From Piedraia hortae CBS 480.64 (Eukaryota), in NCBI GenBank assembly GCA_010093745.1, contig MU005970.1, positions 68,138-132,137 of the forward strand: a stretch of 64,000 bases of DNA. Direction: 5' to 3'. Under the pieces are notes generated by a model. The model was not told where the DNA came from. It did not search any database and saw only the letters and a list, made by a program, of their open reading frames with translations. Position numbers and translations under genes: made by a program. The first letter of the stretch is position 1; each line of letters begins with the position of its first letter. Positions 33,393-44,400 of this stretch are shown here, piece by piece.

Positions 33393-33556
33393 TAGATAGA
33401 AGTCGGAACTTCTCAGGGTTTTTACCTCTATAGAGGAAGTTTTCTCTGAGACGGGTCATTGTCTCGTTCATGCTTAAGGGCATGGTTCGCTGACGTTGCC
33501 CTGGCAAATGCGGTTAGACTGAGGTAGTGTGGGGAAGGTTTCGAACCTCACCTCAT
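33393..33556 (-). repeat. Family H repeat body plus a degenerate palindrome (fourth copy)
   Basis: AGATAGAAGTCG...CTTCTCAGGGTTTTTACCTCTATAGAGGAAGTTT...AATGCGGTTAGAC matches 20897-21020, followed by GTGGGGAAGGT-TTCGA-ACCTCACCTCA. Confidence 0.8.
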
Positions 33557-35439
33557 AGAGATAGACTTCTACATTTTCACTTTTTTCAGTAAAAGTTGGG
33601 TGAAAACTTTTGTCGTTGAGATCCACTCCACTCCAGTCCTCGGAGGTTCACCCCTCCGACACCAGGGTTCGAGTACTCAGAAATTTTCTTCTGTAGCTCC
33701 AGATACGTGTGTATACTGACACACCTGTGAGGTGCTGCTGCTTATTAGAACAAAAAACAAACAAAGTTGCTTGGCTTGGCACAAAAACCACGCCAAAATT
33801 GGCCAACTACGCCCAGCCTCACTTTTGGAGCCCAACCACACGTAATGTCTGCCTCATGTGTCGGCCCTTGCAACTCCAACCGCATACTATTGCAACGTGC
33901 ACTACTCATTTACAAGAGACGCTCTCGCGTAATACCAGCTTTAGGACATGTGTACATCTATCTCTGCTCTTTTTTAGATTGTTCTAGCGCTCCTTGATGA
34001 TTCCAGACCAACATATTGTTGCATGTTGTTGATATATTCCCTGTTACTACAAGAGCTTTTGCTACAACTGCACCGGCTCGGTCCATCTGGGATGTGCCTT
34101 TTATCTGCAGCTATGTACATAGAGAAATGGTTGTGAGTCTAGCCAAGTCTGTCTATTTCTGTCCAGAGTCCTTATATCACCCAAGTAGTCGTTCAGCTCT
34201 TCACGGAATATGTAGAAGGTTCAGGTCTCATGATCACCCAAAGTTTGTGTCGATTTCCCAGCTGTCCCTTGAGCTGTTTTCTTCAGCCTTCTACGATCGT
34301 GCCCTCTGTTTTTTAACGTCCTTCAATAGCCTTAATTGCCGCTCTTTCTATCCTTCGCGCTTCTGCAGCCAGGCGCTTCTCTTCGCTTCTGGAAGGCATT
34401 GCTCTCAACTTAAGTTCTTTGGCTCGGAATTCTGTTCGTTTACATCGTAGCTCTTATTTGATTGCCACAACTTCTCCAAGAGCCTATGTCCGGGAGGAGC
34501 CTTTCAGGCCCGCCCCAAGAAAAAGAAAACGCCCTCCCCCCTTCCCCTCGCGGAGAGAAAAGAAAAGTCGTTATCTGCTCCCCCCAAACTAGCGCCTGAC
34601 CAGCCTCGGCCGGGCTAGCAAAAGGACAGCAAAAAGCACAAACGTTCCTCAAACCTCACGCCCCACCGCCCATGGTACGGTCCCTTCGAATGCATTTCCT
34701 AGCTTATAGTGAAGAAAGAAGACCTCTCGCGCTAATGACCTTGACCATAAGAGAGGCTGGCTACTATCCCGAATAACAGATCCCGCCGCCGAGCCTTGTC
34801 GAGGTTAAGGTGGACGTGAGGTTACTCGACGTCAGAATTGTCTTCCGAGCTGGTGTTATGCCAGCCATCGCCGAGCTCTGATGCCTGGTCCGATGCGTGG
34901 ATGTCGTTTTTCAAATGCATTCTGAAATTTGATGCAAATATTGTTAATGGAATAAGTTTCGGAGCTTGGGATACTTTATGGGATTTGGGGGTGAAAGTGA
35001 AGAGAGGTGTGAGGCTTGGGAAGATGGAGAGTATGTGCGGTCATCATAAGCCTGAAGCGAAAAGCATATGACTAAAAGGCCCCGGGTGCACTGACGCTGA
35101 TATCCCCTGATAACATCTGCACAACCACTCGGGCCAATTAGTAGGGTTCTCATGTGCCTTTCTTCGAGATTATCGGCTTCGCAAAAATCACTACACCAAT
35201 GCTGTGATGCTGGTGGGCCTAACACATATGCTGGCCTGGTGCTTTGGGGTTTTCAGATGGTGTTGTTGGTTTTTCTCCTCTTTGTGGCCTGGCCTTGACA
35301 AAGGCCGGCCATCCGTCCTGAGATCCTGCCGTACCGGAAGCTGCGGGCAAAGCAGCCCGCCAATTTCGAAAGCGACAAATTGCTTGCGAAGTTGGTTGCG
35401 CGGTGGAACACCGTGCTTACGCACCCCACTCAACGTGAG

Positions 35440-36480
35440 AAACCTGATACTTTTCGTCTGTCAGGGTTGCCATGTCGAAACACAGTCAAGATTTTGAGAG
35501 CCTACGCCAGAAATTCCTGAAGAACATGCGCACGTGGAAGAGATGGGTGCTCCGCAACACCGTGGAGCTAAAGAAAAATATGTTCCGGGTGGGTGCAGCC
35601 CGACGCTAACTTCATCGGGACAAGAGCTCAACAAACCGCAAGTGCAACACGGTCGGCATTTCTCTCAAAGTTGCCGGAAACACTTGAGTGGGACACCAAA
35701 GAGTTCACAACCACCTCGTTTATTCCAGCCTTTGCGAAGCAACGCGGTGTCTTCATCATTCAATCGTCAGCAAGCCCCTTCACAGAACCACTCGCGAGTC
35801 TCAACTCACCACGGCGAACCGCCAACTAATACCCAATATCATTTCGGCACTCTAGAGGAGATCAATCAGAGACACCAACTGATGAAGTACCTCGACACGA
35901 CAAAGCAGTCGGCGAAACTGCGCCGATATACCAACTTTGCCCCAAAGGAAACGCAATGCAACATACTGGTTGTCAAGCTTCGACACGAGTAAATCACCCT
36001 CCCACCCATTGCCTTCCCCTGATAAGCAGGATCCCAAGATCGCAGAACTTCTGCCAAAGTCGTTATCTCGCAGGCCACTCGAAGAAACCTGCAGTCTAAC
36101 GCTGGCACTCCTTTGATGGAGTGACGAAACACCTGCAGAAACGGAGCTGAAGCGGAGTACGTGGCACTGACAATTTTTAAAAATGAGGCATCAGCCCTCA
36201 TCAGGTTGCTTGGGGGCTCTTGCCTATCTCACATGTAAATCTCTCCAAGACAGCCAACCAGCCATCGATCTAGCGGAGAGATCTGCTATTAAAACAAGGA
36301 ATAGACATATTGACACCCGTTAGCACTAGATACGGTAGACTATCGGAAAGGAAAAATCGTAGTGTACCGACTGCGCAACAGGCTGCAGACGGCCTGACCA
36401 AGGCTCTGGACGTAGTAAAATTCAGACACTTGAGGGACGAGCTTGGCGTGGTGGATCGCAGGATAGTTAGCACGCAGCTA
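35440..36480 (+). mobile_element. Ty1/Copia LTR-retrotransposon relic (integrase and RNase H fragments)
   Basis: FVCQGCHVETQSR (pre-integrase CxxC), EF...FAKQRGVFIIQSSASP (integrase-like), and TRNRHIDTR*H*IR* plus VPTAQQAADGLTKALDVVKFRHLRDELG (Copia RNase H end). Most of RT appears to be missing. Confidence 0.8.
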
Positions 36481-37174
36481 GGGGTGACTTGGATGGTATG
36501 TTGGAGGCAATGGAGATATTCTTTGGATGAAGAGTCGCACTGGACTAACAGAAACTTTCCGTTGCCCCGGCCCTGACAGTAGGCAGGAGGGGAGGGACTT
36601 ATACAAGCTCATCGCTGACATGAACCATCAGTGAGCCATTGGTCCAGAGTCCATGACATCTTCGTTTTGATCCCGCCTACGTCCAAAATCTGCGCAGCCT
36701 TGAAAAAAGAGTGAGGCCGGACTAATGTAAAACCTCAAAACGTCAACTTTCAGCATCCTGGTGTGCCTCGCCGTGACTAGAGAGTGGTGGGAAATGAGAT
36801 AGCTAAGATACCTCGCTTGATATGGAAAGAGCGAAGTTGAGTTACGTCACGTCGAATGTCAAGCTGTCGCGTTACTAAACAGCCCTGTTTACCCCACAAT
36901 GCCAGAGGCCAGGCAGCCACCGAGATGTTTATTTTTCAATGGCCATGACTGAGTGTGACATTGGTGGATGCGTCACTGGTTTTGGAGTTTGACAGGTGGG
37001 AAGGAGGCGTGGAAGCTGTAGAACTTTGGAAGCGTGGAACAGTGGAAGGTGCAGATGAAGAAATCTAACCAACTACGGGCACGTGAAATCAAGTATGGCT
37101 GTAGCGATTGCATAGCCAGCACTACCTCCCCCTCCAGCAGCCGGCGCAACCCATTCATATCACAGGCATGCCTC

Positions 37175-37740
37175 TCACGCAGTCTCTCCCAATTCCATCA
37201 ATTTTTCCCTGATCCATGCTTTTTTGGCTTTGTTGTATCTAACTGTTACTTTGTATCAGCCATCTCTTCCATTTCCTCAAAAATAAACCTGACTTACTCT
37301 TCCCGCGAATTGCCTTCACTACGTTGAAAGTGAAAGGGGGAGGGGAGGGGCGTCCTATTAAGTGTAAGTACTTTCTCTCATTTTCGAGGGTGAAAGTATC
37401 ATACCTGTCATCTTCATGATCTCTTTAATCTTTTCTTTGCGTGCCTTTCTTTCTTCTGGAGTGTTTTTGGGATCACGCCTAACAAGTTTAGTCATCGCGG
37501 CTGATGATTCAAGGGCAGCTTCAGTAGCCATGCCTGCGTCTCGTTAATTAAGTCGTCGGTGTTATGCAAGGGAGCGAACTTACTTGTCGTCATAGTAGAC
37601 GGTACAATCACAGTGGTCAGTGTTCTGAAAGTCAATGGTGTAAGCGAGGTTGCAGAGGCAGCCTGGTTGATGGCCGTGCTCAAAGAAGGGCCGTGAAAAA
37701 GGGCCAAGCCCAGGCAGATGGCGTTGGCGTTGAAGAGCAT
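37175..37740 (-). CDS. Small secreted protein, 4 exons, copy 3
   Basis: MLFNANAICLGLALFHGPSLSTAI...TMTT|SMATEAALESSAAMTKLVRRDPKNTPEERKARKEKIKEIMKMT|GRPSPPPFTFNVVKAIRGK|IRYNKAKKAWIREKLMELGETA*. Same three intron positions and phases as copy 2. Confidence 0.8.
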
Positions 37741-38421
37741 TGTTGCGGGTGTTTGTTAGCGTGTAAGTGATAATTGCAGGAAGGAAAAGAAGAAACAGAA
37801 GATAATATACACAGTTCGTGTCAGTGTGGTTCGCCAAGACATTGGATTGACCTTTAGTGGTGCTTGATGTGCTCCGCATGACCAAAATTCTAGCCGCGCG
37901 AGCCAATCAGAACGCACGTCAAGCCATAGAACTGGATCTGGAGTCAGTATCTTAACCCGTTCAAGCTGAAACTAAGCCTGTTCAACTGAGCATAAGGTTT
38001 GTGAAAATCCGGGGTAGTCCCGTAAATTCTCAACACCCCCCCACTGGTTCAGTGATCGCTATTCCCCGATGAGTCATAAATCAATCGCGTGGTCCATACG
38101 CTATTTTCAGCCTTGACACCCGACGCGTTACGTCTTGACATCTGTGCTTACGTGGAAACGACCTGTTCAAGCAAAGAGCAGCTTGCTCACTCTTTCATTG
38201 TCCGCTATCCCCATAGGAGTCACACCACGATACCCCACATCCCACTTCCCGCCTCACCATCACTTCACCAACCTCGCGCGAAAACCCCCAAGAAAAGAGC
38301 CACTCGCCCCCCGCATTCAGAAGCACAAAATGAACATATATAGTAAACATCGCTAATAAATATCTCCATTGCATATCATAAAACACTATGATACTCCAGC
38401 CCCCAACGCCCATAACAATCA

Positions 38422-41400
38422 TCACTGATTCAATGACAATTTACTCAACACATTGGCAATCGTCCTCTTCATCCCTTCCTGCCCTCTCCCTCTCCCTCTC
38501 CCCGCCGTAGGCGGAGGAAACGATGCAAACTGCATCCCCATCGTACCAGGAAATACAAACTCTTCTTCTTCTTCCTCATCCTCATCCGTACTCTCAAAAA
38601 ATTCATCCAGAGTCTCTACTTTGATCGCCAGCTCACCCATCGTCGTGTCGGGTACAACTTCGGGGGTATGGGGAGGCAGTGTATGAACCGCAGCAACAGC
38701 AGCGGCTTCTTCTTCTTCTTGGCAAGGTTGGCGTAATGTCCAGAAGACGGAATGTACGTTTGCGCGAGTTTGAGAAGAGAGTTTCCCCGGGTTGGGGACT
38801 GACCAGCCTGATTCTTGCGGGATGCCGTACATGGATTTTCGGGCGTAGGCGCCTTCGAGGCTGAGGCGGAGGTGGCGGGTTTCTTGCTGCTGCACAGAGG
38901 GGGAGGTTTTTTGGATTATGGCGTTTAAGAGGTCGAGGACTTGGGGGCAGTGTTTTGTTGTTAGGAGGCGGAGGAGAGGGGAGATTAGGTCTGAGCCTTG
39001 GGTTAGGAACTCGGGTCGGAGTATTTCGGTGTCAGGGAGGAGGTGTTGTAGGATTTTGAGGGTTTGAGTTTTGATGCTGTCGTCTTGGTTGTTGACGATG
39101 CCGAGGAGGAAGATTAGACTGCGAAGTTCGTAGGTCGGGAAGAAGGAGTTCTTTGTGGCGAGGAGAATTTGAATTAGGAAATCGGTGGAGGTCCGGTATT
39201 GGTGCGCTGCATAGCTTTCGAGACAGGAGGAAAGGTCGGTGAGGAGCTGGGACTCGGCTGCTTCGGTGAGTGCCATGACGGATTCGAGACAGGCTGGTTC
39301 TGCGTCCTCGAATTGCTCTAGACAGCGTGGAAGGTTGGCAAGTAAGGTGAATAGTAAGCGTTCGTCTCCGCCGACTATTTCCCCAGACGGTAGCTTGATC
39401 AGCCGCTGCATGATTGCCAGCGACTTTGTCATTGTCCGACTGGACCTGATACCCTTGTACAAGAGCTCATGTATGCCTTTGAACTTGCCATCCCACCGAT
39501 GTGGCTGGCTCTCCCAAACAATCTTAACCACGGCAGGGTCGCCGAGGTCAAGTTTGGAGGTGAGAACATTCGCCATGTCAAGAGCTTCTAGGTATTCATC
39601 CTCCAGAGTAGTGCCGAGACATGCACACGTCGTCCAGAAGAGTTGGGGATACCGCAGCACATCCATGCGAGAGAGCCCGTCGATGATGCTGCGCAGAGTC
39701 GTCAAGATCTCCTGTGAAAACACCAGAAAATCTGGATGCTCTTGGTCGGCAATCGTGTTAGATAGCCTAGCCAACATCTCCTCGAGCTTCTTCTGATCTA
39801 GATTGGTTTGAATGCATCGAAAAACCTGAAAAGATCGACAGGCAACGTGGCGCACAGCGCACGACGTGGCCCAGGTCATAGTCACGTTCGCCCAATCTTC
39901 TCGTATACTGGGATAAGCGATGGTGAAAATCTTCAACACCTGCTCAACGACATATATCATAGCCGGTGAGACCACTTTACCTTGCTTCTCAGGCTTCTGG
40001 ATCTCGCTCTCGTTGTAGGACCACATGATCTTCGGGTCATGTCGCCGGACGCATTCTATGAAGTCCTCAATCAACGCCTTGTCGGGAACGGTGCTGCCCG
40101 GCTCGATCTTGGAGATGACGAGCTCGTGGATGAGGTGTACTAGCAGCTCTCGCGCTTGCTCTTGAACGATGCTAATGTGCTGATCCCATTGCACGAGAAC
40201 CATCTGAAGCAGGGTGGGCACGTTCGCTGCAGGCAGCTGAACAGGGGAGACTACGAGATCGACCAGTAAACTCATGCACAGCTGGCCCAGCGACAAGTTA
40301 TGCTGTCTCGGCCCACTCGCAATGACCGTCGTTAGATCGGCAACGTATGGCAGACCAGTCGTGTCCGGCGTCGGGAACGGGGGATTATCTGCCACCATTG
40401 TGTCTGGCGATATCTGAAGAAGGAGATATTCAATCACGCGTGATCCAGCGGGCACTTTCGACAGAAAGACGACAATCTGCTTCGCGTAGTTGACAAACTT
40501 ATGCTCCTTTTTGTCCAGGCACAGCCTGAAGATAAAGTCCAGCACGACCTGTACGTTACCGGCGTACGGCCCAGTGGCCAAGGCTTGCCAAAGCGCTTGG
40601 ATTTCGTTGTGCAGGTTGATGCTGATCTTGACTGTAATTTCGAATAAATTGGCAAGAAGCATATGGGACAAGGGCGTGGCCCAGCCGCGGGGGTCCAGCT
40701 GCAACTCCACCGTTTGAATCCACGGAAGCATGCCCGAGACCATGTTCCGCTGATGATCCGGCAGCAGCTCTTTGAAGTAAGCCGAGAATTCGGAAAATAC
40801 GTAAAACGCAAGCTCCGGATGCTGCTTGGCAAGACGACAGGAAATCTCAAACTGGGCCGACTTGTAGACGGCCGTCGTCATATCAGAAACGCTGATGTCC
40901 AAGTCCTGCAACCGCGAGGACCTCTCTTGTCGTTCCTCAAGCACCCGCAACAGCCGGTTGGACTTAATCCTAATATCACGCGTCTCATTGCCGAGGGTGT
41001 ACAGACCAACGCACAAGATCTTCCAGAATGGGGTGGCAGTATTGGTATTCTCCGTCAAAATGGTGGTAACAACTTCAAAGTAGCTGGCCAAGGCTTTAGG
41101 TGCCCGGGCAAGATAGCACATTCGCATCGTCTCAGTCATCAAGATCTGCTGGTCGAGATTATTGACAATCAGGTTCTGAAGGGCGCGACGTCCGATTGCA
41201 TGCGTGCCATCGCTTTGAGAACCAAAAACTGCCGATATCCAGGCCAACATTCGCCGTAAATCGAATCCCATTCCTTTGTTGGGGCCGGTTGTGTCTTCCA
41301 TCGGCCCATCGCACAGCGCAGCCAAGGCGCTCAATGCCACATTTTGCAGTTCAATCCTGTTCTTCTCAGCCGCAGAACTGACGACATGCCGTTCATGAGA

Positions 41401-44400
41401 CGGTGGACGTCCAAGGACATGGTTCTTGGAATTGTGGATTTGTAACGGGCTGGGTGAGAAGCCGCACCAGGGCTCCATGAGGGCGAATATGGCTAGACGG
41501 AGTTCAAAAGACATCCACCGTGAAGGGCCGTTCATGATTTTGATGGCATTGTAGAAGTTCTCCACCAACATGCAAAAGTGCTTGCGTAACCTTTGAAGCG
41601 AAATGTCATTTGGCAGATCCATGTCGTTCAGGTAGATGTTCATTTGCTTGGTGTAATCGGCTATGAAAGCGAGGCCCTTGTTGTCGCCCGAGCACTTGCC
41701 CTGGTTCAGCAAAGAACATGTCAAGCTGAGCAGGAGCGTGATCTCTGTTCGGAGATCGTCCAACTGCAGACTCCTACGCGGACTGGTGACGACTCCGCTG
41801 TGTGCGGCGGATCGCTCCGAAGCATCCAGATTGCATTTGTCTACATACGGCTGTAGGCAGTCCAGTAGGGTCGGAAAGAGGTTTTCATTGGTTGCTCCGA
41901 GACCGGCAACGGCAGCAGCACGAACAGATGGGTGACGGGCCTCGAGGAAGGGCACAACACGAAGAAACAGCTCCGTCGCTGACGCTATGCGCTCCTGCGT
42001 GGCCGTTGACGCCTTTGAGCTTTTGCGGAAATGCTGGTTAACTGGAGTTGCAGGAGGAATGTAGTGACTGCCCCCTACATTCGTCAAAGTCGTGCAAGCA
42101 AAGATGAGATGGATCCTCCACTGAGCAACAACAGTTTCGGCTGGCACCTGATTCATCTTCTGACCAAGGCCAATAGCCTCAATCGTCCGGTGGCAGTGAG
42201 ACAGACGCTGGCAGACCAACCCCCGCGTCAGAGCAACGGCATGCACACAGTCGACCATGCACATCTTGACGAAATTCGGGAAGATCTTGTACCAAAGACT
42301 AGCATCTTGTGAGACATCGCTGCTGCACAAGTCTACCAGAGCACTGTTCTTCCCAATGCCCTTTTGCAAGATGCTGCGCTCGGCGAGGGTGAGACGCTCA
42401 TTCTTTACATCAATCACCTGCTGCGAACGCTGCTCCAACAGGTTTATTATCCGTGTTGTGGGCTTTCCCAGCGCAGTGTCGAATTTTGTGACGAGACGGA
42501 GCACGCTGATTGCAACGGCACGCACCGTTCGTGACGGCGAGCAGAGAAAAAATAGGCCGTGCGACTCAATCTCGTCTACGTGAGCCCAGACGCTCGAGAG
42601 ATCAAGTGGAAGATGGTGTTTAGTTGGGTCATCGCCCTCTGCAGGTTCCGCTTTGGCTTTGCGAATGCGCTGCTCGATATCGTTGATCCATATTTGAAGC
42701 AGCTCCACGTACAGTTTTAGGGTGCTTTCTATATGGCCCGGCCCAAGCAAGCTTCCGTCTGAGACTGTGGCGTAGCGGTCGTCAAAATTGAAGATGAACC
42801 TGGCAAAGCCGATGGTGACCTGCTGGGCGTGCGACTGTCTGGCAATCGACTTGAGCGATTGGGCAGATGTGGTGGCAATGTGAGGCTGAACATGCGCGGT
42901 GCCGGTACACAGCAGGTTCACCAGTGCACTAATGGGAAGCTGGGGAGAGAGACAACGTGGCAGGGCCTCAACGGCTACATGGAGGAGATTGTAGTAAAGT
43001 TGACGGCCATCGGCAGACGCATTGGCATCATCTCGACGATTGAACGAGAATGCTTCAGCCATTGGCGTCTTTGGCGTCTGTGTTGTTGTCATCAACCGTT
43101 CATCCAGCACCGCCTGACCACCAAACGTGTTGTCACAGATGATGGTAAGCTGACCCAAGATCTTACAGAAGCTGTCATACTTTTCCCGCGTGATGTCGTT
43201 AAGCTTAGATACCATAATAGGCTGCGATAACCGCTCCGTCTTTCCAGCTGAGAGAGCAAAGCCTTGGGATCGGGTGCGTCTATGCGGAGCGGGAGCCCGT
43301 GACGGCGGATCGAGGCCATCACTCTCAAAGATGACTGGAAAAGTCGGCGGTTTGCTTATTTCCAGATCGCCGATGATGGCCAGAAATGCTCTAATGGCAA
43401 TGACTGTCTTTTCCGGGTCCAAATACTCAATCTTGAGATCCTTTTCCGGCCCTTTGAACAGCTCCGAGTTCATCAACGGGAAGATGATTGACTGGAAGCA
43501 AAGCTCTTGGTGAACGTAGCCAATCATACGGATCAGATGGATAAGAGGGTCCGCAATATACGGCTCGGTGGATACTAGAGAGCGTCTGCCCGTCTGGAAG
43601 ACCAGCTTTATAACCTCGTCCAGCTTTCGACAGGCTACTTGGGCATTGATATCAGGCTGCTTGAAGAGGTAGCGCCAGATGACGCGGCAGATAGCTTTGA
43701 GCGCGTGAGAACGAGTGCTTCGATCTCTCAGTCTGGGCTGCAATCCATTGATGAGTGGCAGCCAGTTGGCGGCAAAGTTTTCACCGGTTGAAACGCAGAA
43801 CAGGGTCGAATGAAGCGGGAAAACATGCGGCCAATGTTCCGTCTTGGACACCATTTGCGTCAGCTTCGGCTGAAGAGTGTTGCAGACTTCTTTCCATCGG
43901 GGCGTCATCATCTCGTGCGTGACCAGCGGCGCTATTGGGAGGATCAGCTGCTCAAGGAGCTCGGCGTAGGCATATTTCATGATGCGGCCATGCACTTCGT
44001 CAAAGAAGCGGGCAAGTTGCAGCAGCATGACACACGACTGATCCCACGCCTGCTCTGGTTGGGTTCGGATCTTGATCCACCGCATGCTCTTGACGAGATA
44101 GGATGTCTGGAGTGTCAGCCGCTGGTCTGCCAGATTTTTGACCGACAACTTTTTCTGTGCCTGTCTGAGGTCGTGGATGAAGCGACCGGTGACACCGTCG
44201 AACCTAAGAGCACTCAGGGCACCAAGCAGCTGGCCTCGCATGATCCAGTTGGAGTGGATTATGGGCGAGGAAAAGAGCATCTGCGGGTCCAGCTCCAGCT
44301 GGCTATAGATGACCTCTTCCAGCCGCTGAGCAGCGCTGACGCTTCTGTCCGGCCCACTCAGAGCCTCCAGAGTGGTCTGGCTGATGATTTCAATGAGGAC

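Noticed and set aside
21032..33556. CRISPR-like reading of the repeated 29-bp palindromes
   Set aside because: The context is eukaryotic, the spacing is 1-10 kb and irregular, and there are no cas genes.
33635..33685. tRNA-like fragment (hairpin TCGGAGG-TTCAC-CCTCCGA followed by GGGTTCGAGT)
   Set aside because: The T-stem does not pair, and no acceptor stem or D-arm can be built.
33900..34500. Charged minus-strand text resembling a Fot1/pogo transposase tail
   Set aside because: Low complexity, multiple stops and no diagnostic motif.
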